The position numbers were made by a program, and so were the translations under genes. From an uncultured virus (IMG/VR IMGVR_UViG_3300021426_000069) (Duplodnaviria > Heunggongvirae > Uroviricota > Caudoviricetes), in the IMG/VR virus record IMGVR_UViG_3300021426_000069: a stretch of DNA of 64,000 nucleotides; one strand, given 5' to 3'. Below are positions 39,448-50,417 of this stretch, one piece after another; positions within the stretch are counted from its first letter, which is position 1, and every line of letters starts with the position of its first letter. The notes under the pieces are model-generated. The model was not told the origin of the DNA. It saw only the letters and a list, made by a program, of their open reading frames with translations, and did not search any database.

Positions 39448-42400
39448 ATTTGCTCTTTGAGCTGCTGCATTAACTAAATTGTTAAGTGCGTTTTCTATTT
39501 CACGAGAATCTCTTACATTAGGGAATTGAGCGTCAATATGAACATCTTGTTCTACAACTTCTCCGCCAACCATTCCGTTTATACCTGTTCTTGACATACT
39601 TGCCATTTGTTTAAGTATAGAACTTCCTAATGAATTTGTTAAGTTTCTCATAATTTCAACCGTATCTAATAAGTTTTTAGTATCTTCTTTATTTAATACC
39701 AATTCTTTTTCATGAAGTAAAGCTACACGTCCTTCTGTAGAACCCCAGCTTCCTGTGTATCCACCAGTATCATATCCACTTAATTGGTCTTTTCTTAACC
39801 AACCATAAGCAGAGTCACTAGATTCAACATGGATTGGATAAGGTCTTCCATCATTTTTAACAATAGTAACTTTAACTCGTTTACCAGGTCCACGGCTTCC
39901 TCTTCCACCGCCACCATATGAGTCTCCATAATAGTATCCACCATTATAAGTTGCCCATTGTCCAACTGAAGGCATTCTGTTTGCGTTTCCTCCGCCTCCG
40001 CCAGAAGATCTATTACCTGAAGCTCCGCCAGTAGGTTGACCCCTTCCGCCATTAGAACTAGTATTCTTATTTGCGGCTTGTTCAGCCTCTTTCATCTTTT
40101 GAATATACTTATTATAAGCATCAATAGCAGTGTTAATTACTTTTGTTTGCTCTTGATAATGATTGTTTAATTCATCAATTTGACCTATAACATCTTTAAT
40201 TTGTTCAACCTCATTTGTAAATGTAGATATTAATTCATCAGTTTTATTTATTAACTGTTGAACTTCAGTTTCAACTTCATCTACATCTTCACCAAGAGTT
40301 TCAAATGTAACTTTTGCAGAGTCTTGTAATTGTTTTAAACTTTCTTCATAATCTGCAGTAGCCTCTGTTATATCAGCTAAAGCTTGTTCATATGTTGGTT
40401 CAAAACCACCCTCTGCATAGATTTGATCTGCCATCTCTTGTAATCCTGATGCCCATCCGTTTACTAATAAACTCATTGCATCATCTTGATTATCAAGGAA
40501 ATCTTGAACTATTTCCGCTTGTTTTCCATATAAATCTTCTAATTCTAAGAATGTAGACTCATATAAATTACGTTTTATTTGTTCATTTTGATCTACAATA
40601 CCATTAATTAAATCACCATATTGTTGTGTTAATAATTGTTCTTTTTGTAATCTTGCTTCTGGGTCATTAATTGCTGCGGCTTCCGCCATTTTTTCTTGGT
40701 ATTCCATCCAAATTTCATATAATTGATCTAAGTTACCAGTATATCTATCTACATCTAAGTTATATAATTGATTATATAAATTAGATATTTCCTCTTGAAC
40801 TTTTTTAACTTCATCATCATCTGAAACATATTGATAAGTATAATTACCTTGAGTATCTCTCTTTAACCTCATTGTAGATTTATTTTGTTGAGCTTCTTGT
40901 AATGCAATTTGTTTTAAGGCAATTTGATATTTTAATTCAGCTCTGTCTAAATCATATTGAGTTAATCGATCTCTAGCTTTCAAATCAGCAACTTCCGCTT
41001 TCATTAATTCATTTAATTTTCTTTGATATGCTAAATTATCAGTATTATTCATAGCATCTAAATATTTATTTTGTAATTGTTGTATTCCATATGTTGAATT
41101 AATTGTATCTAAATATTCATCTGCATGTTTTTGAATTAATTCCCATTCAGCATTGATAAAGTCCATACCAGCACCTTTAGTAACTTGGTTGTTTAATTCT
41201 TGGAATATTTTGTTAATTGTATTTAAGTATTTATCAGTTAAATTTTCAATAGCACTTTCAACCATTGATTGCCATTCATTTACGGCATCTAACCAATTAT
41301 CTCTTGCTGTTTCCCATTCTTCAGAACCTTTATCTAAGGCATCCATTTGTTGTTTCCAGAAATCAACTTGCGCTCTTTGAAATTCTAATTGATTATTATA
41401 ATTTTTTTCTTGTTCAGCATAGTATAATTCTAATTTACCAAACGCTTCATCTCCATAGACTAATTCAACCATTTTCATGTCGTGTCCTAATGTATCTGAA
41501 ATAGTATCATAATAAGTCATTTGTTCTTTCATTCTATCTGCAATGTCATCAAAAGTATCATTTAATGCAGCATGAATTTCATCTACTAAATTTTTAACAT
41601 TTTGTAAATCTTCAAAAGCTTGTTCATAATACTTTTTCAAATCCTCCATCATTGCATTTTCATTATCGCCATACCAATCTGACCAACCTGAAGTATTATA
41701 TTGATCGATTTGTTCCATTAAACTTTGTAAATATTTAGTTTCTTCTTGAAGAACTCCTCTACCTGCTTCATCATAATAATCTGCAAACCTCTCTAAACTA
41801 TCAAGAGCATTTCCTAATATATCATCACTTTGTAAATCTTTAATAATTTTCTTTTTAAATTCATTCCATTTATCTTGAGCGGCTTTAATATCTAAAGCTA
41901 ACTCAATTTCCATATCGAATTCTTTTATTTTTATTTCAAGTTGTTTATCTAAAGCATCTTGCATCTCTTGTTTTAAATTAGGAATAGTAGAACCAATTAA
42001 ACTATCATAATCTGAAATTAAATCTTTAAATTTATTCCATTTCTTTTCAGCATCTTTAATAGTGTCTTCAAAATTCTTTTGAGCATCTGCGGACATTCCA
42101 TTATATTGATTATATAAGCTATTTAAAGCATTTTGTTGTGCAGCAAATACATTAGCATAATTTGTCATTACGCCTTCGCTATCAAATTGAATTCCATATG
42201 CTCTTAATTTGCCTTGAAGTTCTGCTTGCTCTCCTTGAGCAATCTTTAATTTTTCATTGGTTTTATCTATTTGTCTATTTAATTGTTGTAATTGTTTATT
42301 AAGATTATCAATTAATTTTGAACCAATTAATTTATTTTCTTGAGATTGAATTTTCTTTAAGTTTGCAGAAATAAGTGCTAATTGCGCATCAACTCTTTCA

Positions 42401-45400
42401 TACCTATTAACTTCATCTTCATTTAAATCTTTTTTACTTGGTTCAGAAGCTTTACTTCCACCACCACCACTGGATTTTCCTGGAGAAGATTTTCCTGGAG
42501 AAGATTTTCCTCCGCTATTCTTTGGAGAATAGTTATTTGATGAACCTGTTGCTTTCTTTATTAATTTTTTAATTTGTGGTTTACGAACATTTTTTCCATC
42601 ATTAGTAGATACACCCATACTAGAAACAGTTTGCATACCTTTTACAGGATATGTTCCTGCACTTTCTACATGGGATTCAGTAACAATTCTACCTTTTCCA
42701 GTTTTTTTGTCAATTGAATTTTCAGTAATGTCTTCAATTGTTTTATAAACAGGAACTTCTGTTGTAGTTTCTTCTGCATCTTGTTTATATTCAGCTTCAA
42801 ATCCTAAAGCTGATAACATTTTATTTGTTTCTTCAACTGTTAAATTAGAGTCATCTATAATTTTTTGTAACGAATCAAGAAAACTAGCATCGTCTACACG
42901 ACCTATTTCAATTTTAGGTATATTTGCTTGTATATCATTTATTGCCGCACTGATTTTATCTTTTGTTGTGGTTATTTGCTCATCATCTGCGACAATATCT
43001 AATACAATTTGATCTGCATACGCATCTCTTAATCTATCAATAGCACCTATATTACCTTCTGCGGCTAACGCAATATCATCTAAATGATCTTTTACAAAAC
43101 TTGCACTAATATATTGTGCTTCTGTATCTAATATATCTGCTAAACCATCTCTAATGTGTGATAAGGCTTCAAAGTATTCTTGACTAGTTTTATCAGAGTT
43201 TCGCATAACATCTGTCCACTCTTCAATACCTTCAGCCAAATCTTCAATACCTTTATTCATTCTCATGATAGATTGAGTTACTACAGATGCTGCATCAGCA
43301 TCTGTCTCAAGAGAATCAGCTAATTCATCACTTTCATCTGCTATATCTGCAATATATTCAGCATATCCCTGAAAAACATCTTCATCTAAATCAAACTCTT
43401 CTGCGGCATCGGATGCATGTGCTGCAATTGCACTTTTAAATTTTTCTGCTATTTGTGCTGCAGCTTCTTCTGGATTTCTATCTTTTAAAGCTTGGTCAAA
43501 ATTCTTTCCCCAATCTTCTCCGCCTTTATAACCTAATTCTTTAAACTCTTCATCTGATAATGCAGATTTAATCTTATCTTTTTGATTTTTTATTTGCTCA
43601 AACTGTTCATTAGTTAATGAATTTACATCAAAATCTTTACTTAATACTTGATCTGCAAGATTTTCGTTTAATCCTGTTGTTGTAGAAACTTTTTGATTTA
43701 ATGTTCTTGCACGTTCTCCAGTAGAACTCTCTGCAGCTTTTTCTTCTGCTCTTGAACTTGCAATAGCATCAATTAATTCTTCTTTTGATATTGTAATATC
43801 TTCTCTTTTTTGTTCATCCCTGACAACAATACCTTTTGAAGCATCGAAACCGTGAACTACATTTTTAGTCGCTGTCTTATCTGAATAAGAACTTCCTGTT
43901 GCTTTATTAAATTGCTCTATCAAAGATTCATAATCTTTATCATCTTTTCCAGACCAAATTGTTAAACCTTCATTGATTTCATCTTCTACTTTTTTTCTTT
44001 GTTTTTTCTTTTCATCTTTATATTTTTCTGCAAAAACTTGTCTTTCACTTGAAGAACCGTCTGTCCCTAAAGCTGCGCTAGCAACCGCTTTTGCAGCATT
44101 TTCCATTTGGATAGAGCTGTTTTGTAATGCATTATCAAATCTTTGAATTTCATCGTAACTATTTTTTAATTCTGAAGTCCAACTTTCAATATACCATTGA
44201 GAGAATTCTCCACTATCTTTCATTTTTTGAGCAAAATTATCAATTTCTTTATTAAATTTTTCTGGGTCTTTAATTTTAATAAATTTATCAATATCAAATT
44301 CAGGAACGTTTTCGCTAGCTGCTGCACCGTATCCTCCAGATTCACCCATACCACTATAACTATTTGCTCTTAGATTTCTATTAGTATCTTCACCAAAATC
44401 TTTAATATTTTTCTTTGCTTGCTTATTACTTGCTGAAGCGGCAGTATAAATAGCTGCAGATTGAGCTTTTTGCGCTCCAACTGTTTTTTCTACAATATAA
44501 TCATTTAATAATTCTGGGTCTAATGATAAAGCCCCTGTTTTACTATCTGTCTTTAATATACCATCTATCTTTGCTAAATCAGGATATTTATCTAATATAT
44601 CTAAAACAGTTTGATTAACTTGTAATAAAGCTTCATTCCATTTTTGAGAACCTACAACACATTTATTTAAAGTTTCAACTGCACTATCATAGCCATTTAA
44701 TGAATCTTTTAAATCTTGAACTCTTTTTTTTGTTTTTTGAGCCTCGTCTGATAGCGCTGCCGCCGCCTTATTCATTTCATCAATTTCTTTTTGTTCTGCT
44801 TGAGAGGCTTCCCAAATTTTATAAATTGCAAATCCTACCGCTCCAATAGCAAGCAATACTGCTGCAACAGGTCCTAAAATTGCGTTCCACATAATTGTAG
44901 CTTGTGTTCCTGCGGCAGTCTCTGCAACTTGAACGGCTCCTAAAGATGTCGCTAATGGTAAAAATGCTGTCGTTGCTGCAGCTTTTATTCCACCTAAACC
45001 ATTTATTACCATAGGTAATGTAAACGCTAAAGTCTCAATAGTTTTAATTAATTTTTCTCCATCTGTTAAATCTTGGTCATCCCATATAGAACCTAGACTT
45101 TGAATAGAGGTGATTGCAGTGGCAACTTGTCCTAATGAACCAACTAAAGTTGTTATACCTTCTATTGTAGAAGTCATATTCATTCTTTCTTTTAGTTTTT
45201 CAATAGCACTATCAATAGTTAACTCTGATTTATTTAAAGCGTTTTCTGTTCCAGTTGCGTTATTTTGAATTGTTGTAGCTACTTTTTGAGATTCTGTAGC
45301 CATTTCACCAAACAATATTTTAGCTTTGCCTACGTATTCTGCTATTTGATGCTCTTTGTCATCATACGTATTTTCGCCTAAATTTACATCTTCTCCAAAT

Positions 45401-47583
45401 ATTTCATCTTGTAAATCTTTTAACTCAACTAATTTACCTGCATATTTAGAAGCACCACCTACAGTGTCTATATATAAATTTGTTTTTTCAGTTAATTCCT
45501 CTAAAGATTTACTAATTTTATTATAAGCACCTGTAGTTTCTCCCTCAGTTTTATTTGTTTTCTTTAAAACAATCATAAGTTGATTAAGTTGGTCTTCTGC
45601 ATTTTCTGCAGTCTTACTTAATTGGGTATATCCATCACTAATTTTTTGGATTTCTTTAGATTGACTAGATAATTCTTTTGGATTTTTTACTTTAGTTTCT
45701 TTTTCCTTGTCATCAAAAGCATGACCTTGGGCTTCTTCATAATACTTCTTAGCTGCTGCTAAATTTTCTTCCCAAGCTTGTTTTTGATTTATAATTTCAT
45801 TTTTTGCTTTTATTAATGAGTTAGCTTGATTTAATTCTTCCTCATTAAATAAATCTGTATATTTTCCAAACTCTTCTCTCAATGCTAAAATTTCTTTTAA
45901 ACTATCATCTTGAATATCAAGACCTTTAAAAGCTTCTAACATTGTCATTTCAGTTTGAGTTTCTTTTAAATTTGAATTTAAGTTTCTTATATTTGTAATT
46001 GTAGTAGTTAAACTTTGTGCAATTTGTTTACTAAATATTTTTGTTGCAATTGAACCTAAATTTAAAAGAACTCCTGTTCCTCCACCAAGTCCATCAACTA
46101 AATCAGTTACTCTATTAACTAAAAATCCAATAGCATCAGTCACCATATTGATACTATCTGCATCTAATAAGCTATCATATAAATCTTCAAATGAAGCTCT
46201 CATTTTTGCTAAATGAGCTTCAGTACTTTGCATATATATATCTTGTTGTTTTTGTAATTCTCCAATTGAATTCTTAGACATATCTAAAGCATCACTATAC
46301 ATGTCCCAGTTTTCAAATAAAGCCATTAAACGAGAATATTGCATTTTACCAGCCATTGCAACTGCGGCTGCTTGTTTTTGTGCTCTAGTCCATGTATCCC
46401 ATTTTGCGGCAGTTTCCTCAATAATAGTTCCCATGTCACGCATGTTACCTTGCTCATCAAGAATTTCAATACCTAATTCATGAAGTTTACCTGATACATT
46501 TCCTAATGTAACTCCATACTCATCTTCGCCATCTAAAGCTAAATCACCCATACGAGCAAAAATAGTTTTAAATCCTGAACCTATTGTTTCTGGCGCTTCA
46601 CGAGTTACTGAAATAACAGTACCTAAAATAGCATTTAATTGATCTATATCAACACCTGCTGTATTTGCGGCAGATGCTACTTTACTCATACCTGTAGATA
46701 ATTCTTCTAGGTCAGCTGCAGTTCCTGCGGCTACTTTTGCAAGTTTATCTACATATTTTTCAGTTTCTTCAGTTTGTACTCTATAACCATTCCATACTGC
46801 TGTTAATGCTTCAGAAGTATCTGCTCCAGACATTCCAGTTACATTTGCAGTTTTTACAGTTGTTTCTGCTCTAGCTTTAACTTCTTCATCGCCTAAACCT
46901 TGTTGATAATAAATTAATGCAGCATCAGTATAGGCAGTAGTTTGAGCTCCTAAAGATTGAGCGGCTTTATTGGCTTGTTTTGCAAAACGTTCCATTTCAC
47001 TTGAACTTTTGCCTGTTACTATCATAATGTTATTTAATGAAGTATCTAATTGTTTTACATAACTATATGCTTTTTGAACAGAACCAGTAAAACTATTCAT
47101 TACACTTGAAGCAATACCCCATTTTACGGTATTAGCCATAGTATTAGCCATATCTTGAATAATATTATGAGTTTGTTTAACTTGACGTTGTGCTGTTAAA
47201 GCTTCGGTTGCTAAATTTCTAAATGCAGCTTTTCCCTTTTCTCCGGCAGCATAAAATGCATTTGAAATACTTTGTAAACTATATCCAGTTTTACTTAATT
47301 CAGTATTAAATTTTGTAACATTTACTGTTCCTAAGTCTTTATTAAAAGCATTTCCTAAAGCTAATTGAATTGAAGATGCCATAGACCTTAATTCTTTTAA
47401 GTTATTATTAGCTTGTTGGATATTCATACCTTTATTTAAATCCATTAAATCAGAGGCAGTCATTCGTTGTAATTCATTTAAAGATGTTTTTAATTCATTT
47501 AAACCTGTTTTATCAGTGGTAAGATTTATTTGAAAATTAATATTTCCGCCTCCGGAAACAGCTTTATTCAATTGTTTCGCCAT
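39439..47583 (-). CDS. Tail tape measure protein (TP901-type core)
   Basis: 2714 aa, helical and Ala-rich; YVDKLAKVAA..ELSTGMSKVAS..ETIGSGFKTIFAR; C-terminal YDTGGYTG..ALLHEKELVL. Confidence 0.92.
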   Translation of the reverse strand: MAKQLNKAVSGGGNINFQINLTTDKTGLNELKTSLNELQRMTASDLMDLNKGMNIQQANNNLKELRSMASSIQLALGNAFNKDLGTVNVTKFNTELSKTGYSLQSISNAFYAAGEKGKAAFRNLATEALTAQRQVKQTHNIIQDMANTMANTVKWGIASSVMNSFTGSVQKAYSYVKQLDTSLNNIMIVTGKSSSEMERFAKQANKAAQSLGAQTTAYTDAALIYYQQGLGDEEVKARAETTVKTANVTGMSGADTSEALTAVWNGYRVQTEETEKYVDKLAKVAAGTAADLEELSTGMSKVASAANTAGVDIDQLNAILGTVISVTREAPETIGSGFKTIFARMGDLALDGEDEYGVTLGNVSGKLHELGIEILDEQGNMRDMGTIIEETAAKWDTWTRAQKQAAAVAMAGKMQYSRLMALFENWDMYSDALDMSKNSIGELQKQQDIYMQSTEAHLAKMRASFEDLYDSLLDADSINMVTDAIGFLVNRVTDLVDGLGGGTGVLLNLGSIATKIFSKQIAQSLTTTITNIRNLNSNLKETQTEMTMLEAFKGLDIQDDSLKEILALREEFGKYTDLFNEEELNQANSLIKAKNEIINQKQAWEENLAAAKKYYEEAQGHAFDDKEKETKVKNPKELSSQSKEIQKISDGYTQLSKTAENAEDQLNQLMIVLKKTNKTEGETTGAYNKISKSLEELTEKTNLYIDTVGGASKYAGKLVELKDLQDEIFGEDVNLGENTYDDKEHQIAEYVGKAKILFGEMATESQKVATTIQNNATGTENALNKSELTIDSAIEKLKERMNMTSTIEGITTLVGSLGQVATAITSIQSLGSIWDDQDLTDGEKLIKTIETLAFTLPMVINGLGGIKAAATTAFLPLATSLGAVQVAETAAGTQATIMWNAILGPVAAVLLAIGAVGFAIYKIWEASQAEQKEIDEMNKAAAALSDEAQKTKKRVQDLKDSLNGYDSAVETLNKCVVGSQKWNEALLQVNQTVLDILDKYPDLAKIDGILKTDSKTGALSLDPELLNDYIVEKTVGAQKAQSAAIYTAASASNKQAKKNIKDFGEDTNRNLRANSYSGMGESGGYGAAASENVPEFDIDKFIKIKDPEKFNKEIDNFAQKMKDSGEFSQWYIESWTSELKNSYDEIQRFDNALQNSSIQMENAAKAVASAALGTDGSSSERQVFAEKYKDEKKKQRKKVEDEINEGLTIWSGKDDKDYESLIEQFNKATGSSYSDKTATKNVVHGFDASKGIVVRDEQKREDITISKEELIDAIASSRAEEKAAESSTGERARTLNQKVSTTTGLNENLADQVLSKDFDVNSLTNEQFEQIKNQKDKIKSALSDEEFKELGYKGGEDWGKNFDQALKDRNPEEAAAQIAEKFKSAIAAHASDAAEEFDLDEDVFQGYAEYIADIADESDELADSLETDADAASVVTQSIMRMNKGIEDLAEGIEEWTDVMRNSDKTSQEYFEALSHIRDGLADILDTEAQYISASFVKDHLDDIALAAEGNIGAIDRLRDAYADQIVLDIVADDEQITTTKDKISAAINDIQANIPKIEIGRVDDASFLDSLQKIIDDSNLTVEETNKMLSALGFEAEYKQDAEETTTEVPVYKTIEDITENSIDKKTGKGRIVTESHVESAGTYPVKGMQTVSSMGVSTNDGKNVRKPQIKKLIKKATGSSNNYSPKNSGGKSSPGKSSPGKSSGGGGSKASEPSKKDLNEDEVNRYERVDAQLALISANLKKIQSQENKLIGSKLIDNLNKQLQQLNRQIDKTNEKLKIAQGEQAELQGKLRAYGIQFDSEGVMTNYANVFAAQQNALNSLYNQYNGMSADAQKNFEDTIKDAEKKWNKFKDLISDYDSLIGSTIPNLKQEMQDALDKQLEIKIKEFDMEIELALDIKAAQDKWNEFKKKIIKDLQSDDILGNALDSLERFADYYDEAGRGVLQEETKYLQSLMEQIDQYNTSGWSDWYGDNENAMMEDLKKYYEQAFEDLQNVKNLVDEIHAALNDTFDDIADRMKEQMTYYDTISDTLGHDMKMVELVYGDEAFGKLELYYAEQEKNYNNQLEFQRAQVDFWKQQMDALDKGSEEWETARDNWLDAVNEWQSMVESAIENLTDKYLNTINKIFQELNNQVTKGAGMDFINAEWELIQKHADEYLDTINSTYGIQQLQNKYLDAMNNTDNLAYQRKLNELMKAEVADLKARDRLTQYDLDRAELKYQIALKQIALQEAQQNKSTMRLKRDTQGNYTYQYVSDDDEVKKVQEEISNLYNQLYNLDVDRYTGNLDQLYEIWMEYQEKMAEAAAINDPEARLQKEQLLTQQYGDLINGIVDQNEQIKRNLYESTFLELEDLYGKQAEIVQDFLDNQDDAMSLLVNGWASGLQEMADQIYAEGGFEPTYEQALADITEATADYEESLKQLQDSAKVTFETLGEDVDEVETEVQQLINKTDELISTFTNEVEQIKDVIGQIDELNNHYQEQTKVINTAIDAYNKYIQKMKEAEQAANKNTSSNGGRGQPTGGASGNRSSGGGGGNANRMPSVGQWATYNGGYYYGDSYGGGGRGSRGPGKRVKVTIVKNDGRPYPIHVESSDSAYGWLRKDQLSGYDTGGYTGSWGSTEGRVALLHEKELVLNKEDTKNLLDTVEIMRNLTNSLGSSILKQMASMSRTGINGMVGGEVVEQDVHIDAQFPNVRDSREIENALNNLVNAAAQRANKR

Positions 47584-47620
47584 ATATCCTTTTTCCTCCT
47601 TTTTGAGTTTCTATTCCATT

Positions 47621-47662
47621 AAAAAACCCCTCTATTATTATTATATAACAATAGAGGGTTTT
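47621..47662 (-). terminator. Hairpin/terminator overlapping promoter-motif copy 7
   Basis: CCCTCTATT / AATAGAGGG stem followed by T6 on the minus strand. Confidence 0.65.
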
Positions 47663-47683
47663 CTATTAATTTAATTTGGCCTG
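47635..47683 (-). promoter_or_regulatory. Repeated putative late-promoter motif, copy 7
   Basis: CAGGCCAAA...TTGTTATATAATAATAA, same spacing. Confidence 0.55.
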
Positions 47684-47684
47684 C

Positions 47685-48221
47685 TTATTGAATATCTCTT
47701 CCACCGTTAGCAGCTTTTGCAAAATTTAAAACTTGTTGAAACTGACTCGCGTCAAATTGCTCTACTATTTTTGCTGCAGTCTCTGCTTGCTTAGGTAGAT
47801 CATTAATAAGAGTAGAAACCAATGCTCCTGCACTAGATTTGTATGATAAACTCATACTAATAATTTCATCCATATACTCAAATAATTTATTATATTCTTC
47901 TTCAGGAATATTTTTTATTACTTCTGTAATTAGTCCGTTACTTTCTAAAGTATCATATAATTTAGTTTCATCTTCTTTTTGTTTTTCAGTAAAACTAATA
48001 TCTGTATACATATATACCATATATAAATGAAAATACATATCTTTTTTAATTGGATTATAAATTCCATCTTCTAAACTTTTTTGTAGTGTAATCATTACTA
48101 AATCATATTTATCTTCAATAGGTAAATATTGAAAAACTTCAATTTTGTTCCCTTCAAAATCAATTTCTTTTGGTTGAGTATTGACTTTCAATTTCATACT
48201 TGCATAAGTAGTTTTTGCCAT
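47685..48221 (-). CDS. Putative tail assembly chaperone
   Basis: 178-aa helical ORF immediately upstream of the tape measure. Confidence 0.45.
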   Translation of the reverse strand: MAKTTYASMKLKVNTQPKEIDFEGNKIEVFQYLPIEDKYDLVMITLQKSLEDGIYNPIKKDMYFHLYMVYMYTDISFTEKQKEDETKLYDTLESNGLITEVIKNIPEEEYNKLFEYMDEIISMSLSYKSSAGALVSTLINDLPKQAETAAKIVEQFDASQFQQVLNFAKAANGGRDIQ

Positions 48222-48253
48222 AAAATATCTCTCCTTTTTTCTCTTCTATATAT

Positions 48254-48282
48254 ATTATATCAAAAATTTTAGCCAAAGTCAA
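48254..48282 (-). promoter_or_regulatory. Sigma-A promoter
   Basis: TTGACT-17 bp-TATAAT with TG extension. Confidence 0.8.
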
Positions 48283-48285
48283 ATT

Positions 48286-49365
48286 TTATTCAAACTTACT
48301 TTTATAAATAACAATCCCTCCAAAAGGATCTCCATTCCAATTAGAACCATCATCAAATACTTCTGCTAAAATTTCCGCGCTGCTCTTAACATATATATTA
48401 TCAGTAGCAGGGTCATTATAAATTAAAAACCTTGCTTCTTTGTATTCACCAGTCAACATTTTTGTACCAGCTCCAGTAAGTTCATATAAATATCTTAAAT
48501 GATAAATATGATTTATAACCTTTTGATTATTCTTTTTAATTAAATGTGAACTTGCTGCATATGCGGAAGTAGCTGTAGAACTATTATATCCTAAACTCGT
48601 TAAAGCTCCATATACAGCTCTTACAGGGTTAGAGTTTCCTAAATGTATTGTGGGATATAAATCATTTATCATTTCCATTTTTTGTGTTTGTGTATTAAAA
48701 CCTTCACTAGCATAACTCTTTGCAGTAAAAGTTGCTTGAGATAATAGTTGCTGAATTTCTTCTATCGGAGTCCCCTTCATAGAGGCATCTATTTCAACTG
48801 TAATTCCTTGAACATCGGTTTTAATTTGAACACGTTTTTGAAACTCTCCACTAGCAGATTGAAGTTCTTTTAATGCCTTTTCTTCTGTTAAACCTTCTTT
48901 GATTTTATCTTGAAAAGCTTGTATTAAATCATCTGTTAGTGTAGTAGAACCTGTTTGTTGCCCAGTTCTAATTGTATACTCTTTTCCGTCTAAAGAAACT
49001 TTATTTGCAGCCTTTTCTGCCACTGCTTGGATAACCGCAGAAAGCTCTCTTTCAAAAATATCTCCTCTTTCATATGAATTTTTACCCATACGCCTAAATA
49101 AATCTTTAGTTTTTGCAGAACCGGCTTTCCTTTCAAATATTTGAGTAACTCTATCTAATAATTGTTGGAATAGTGCTTTATCTAAATTAGAAGGCAAAGT
49201 ATTAATATCTAAAGCAGCTCGTTTTAATGTTTGGAAAAAATCTTGTAACTTTTTTGCCTCTTCAACATCTCGGTTTTTATTCGTAAGATATTTTGCAGAC
49301 ATAACCGCATGAACTTCATTTAAGAATGTTGTTGTATGAACACCCTTCTTACCATTGTATTCCAT
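48286..49365 (-). CDS. Hypothetical protein
   Basis: Start likely ATG 49365 after GAGGGG; no recognisable motif. Confidence 0.6.
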   Translation of the reverse strand: MEYNGKKGVHTTTFLNEVHAVMSAKYLTNKNRDVEEAKKLQDFFQTLKRAALDINTLPSNLDKALFQQLLDRVTQIFERKAGSAKTKDLFRRMGKNSYERGDIFERELSAVIQAVAEKAANKVSLDGKEYTIRTGQQTGSTTLTDDLIQAFQDKIKEGLTEEKALKELQSASGEFQKRVQIKTDVQGITVEIDASMKGTPIEEIQQLLSQATFTAKSYASEGFNTQTQKMEMINDLYPTIHLGNSNPVRAVYGALTSLGYNSSTATSAYAASSHLIKKNNQKVINHIYHLRYLYELTGAGTKMLTGEYKEARFLIYNDPATDNIYVKSSAEILAEVFDDGSNWNGDPFGGIVIYKSKFE

Positions 49366-49395
49366 ATTATAGCATCCCCTTTCTTTTTTTATATC

Positions 49396-49425
49396 AAAAA
49401 AAGAGGGAGACATTTAGCCTCCCTC
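49396..49425 (-). terminator. Intrinsic terminator after major tail gene
   Basis: GAGGGAG/CTCCCTC stem plus T7. Confidence 0.8.
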
Positions 49426-49440
49426 ATAAATTTTTATAAA

Positions 49441-50382
49441 TTAGATAGATTTTTCTCTATTGTTTCCTGGAACTGAATCATTTTCGTTTTCAGCGATTTC
49501 TTCGATACCATCTAAGTGTTTCATAACTGTATTTGTATCTTTATCAGCTGCTGTAGTATCATCAACAATTTGCATTACCATTAATACTTTATGAGTGTTA
49601 TCAAACATAGTGTATCCTGGGAATGCGTCCATTGTAAATGTGAATGTTGATGGATCTCCAGTAGATGCCATTGAGAATGTGAAGTTTGATTGAATTTTTA
49701 CGTTTGGTAAAGTGATTTCAGCAGGCATATCCATACCATTAGATTCTTTTCTGAATAATGTAGATGCTTCAACATAGTAAGAACCTGCGAAGTTTTCTGC
49801 ATCAATTTGTAATTCAGATACATTAGCAGCATCTTTAACTACATAAAAATCTACAAATACTGGTGTAGCATCATGGTCTGCTCCTTCTAATTTTTTACCA
49901 TCTGCACTTACTGTTAAGCTATCAATCATTTCTCCTGTGATAGAACCATCATTTTCTTCTGTTACCATAGCAAAGATTGGTGCTAATTTATCGATTTTTT
50001 CACTAGCTCCTAATGCGTCAGTTAAATCGATTGTTCCATCTGATCCTAAGTAAGCTGCTGCTGTAGTATGAACGTGAACTTTATCACCTTCAGCTTTTCC
50101 GTTAAATAATCCAGCACCAGATAATACTGAGAATCCAATTGGAGATAATAATGCGTCTTCAACAGTGAAAGTTAAAGTTTTTTCACCTTCCCAAGCGATT
50201 AATCTTGTATTACCTTTTCCACCTTGAGCATATACAGTAGTAGCTGCTCCTTCAACAGTAGAAGTTTTTGCACTATCGATATATAAAACTGGTTGACCTT
50301 TTTTGAAAGTTGTTTTACCAATTTTAACTGTATCTTTAGCTTTGAATACTACGTCACATATTTCACGTACTCCAAATTTCAT
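49441..50382 (-). CDS. Major tail (tube) protein
   Basis: Codon usage like the capsid gene; beta-rich; YAQGGKGNTRLIAW and GDPSTFTFTMDA; position and downstream terminator. Confidence 0.75.
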   Translation of the reverse strand: MKFGVREICDVVFKAKDTVKIGKTTFKKGQPVLYIDSAKTSTVEGAATTVYAQGGKGNTRLIAWEGEKTLTFTVEDALLSPIGFSVLSGAGLFNGKAEGDKVHVHTTAAAYLGSDGTIDLTDALGASEKIDKLAPIFAMVTEENDGSITGEMIDSLTVSADGKKLEGADHDATPVFVDFYVVKDAANVSELQIDAENFAGSYYVEASTLFRKESNGMDMPAEITLPNVKIQSNFTFSMASTGDPSTFTFTMDAFPGYTMFDNTHKVLMVMQIVDDTTAADKDTNTVMKHLDGIEEIAENENDSVPGNNREKSI

Positions 50383-50417
50383 ATTAACATATCCTCCTTT
50401 AATTTTTTCTAAAGTTT

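Noticed and set aside
42473..42512. 15-bp tandem repeat in the tape measure gene
   Set aside because: Encodes a low-complexity GKSSP linker in frame; not CRISPR or regulatory.
47584..48221. Programmed frameshift in the tail chaperone
   Set aside because: No convincing slippery heptamer with an overlapping second ORF; a terminator follows the stop.
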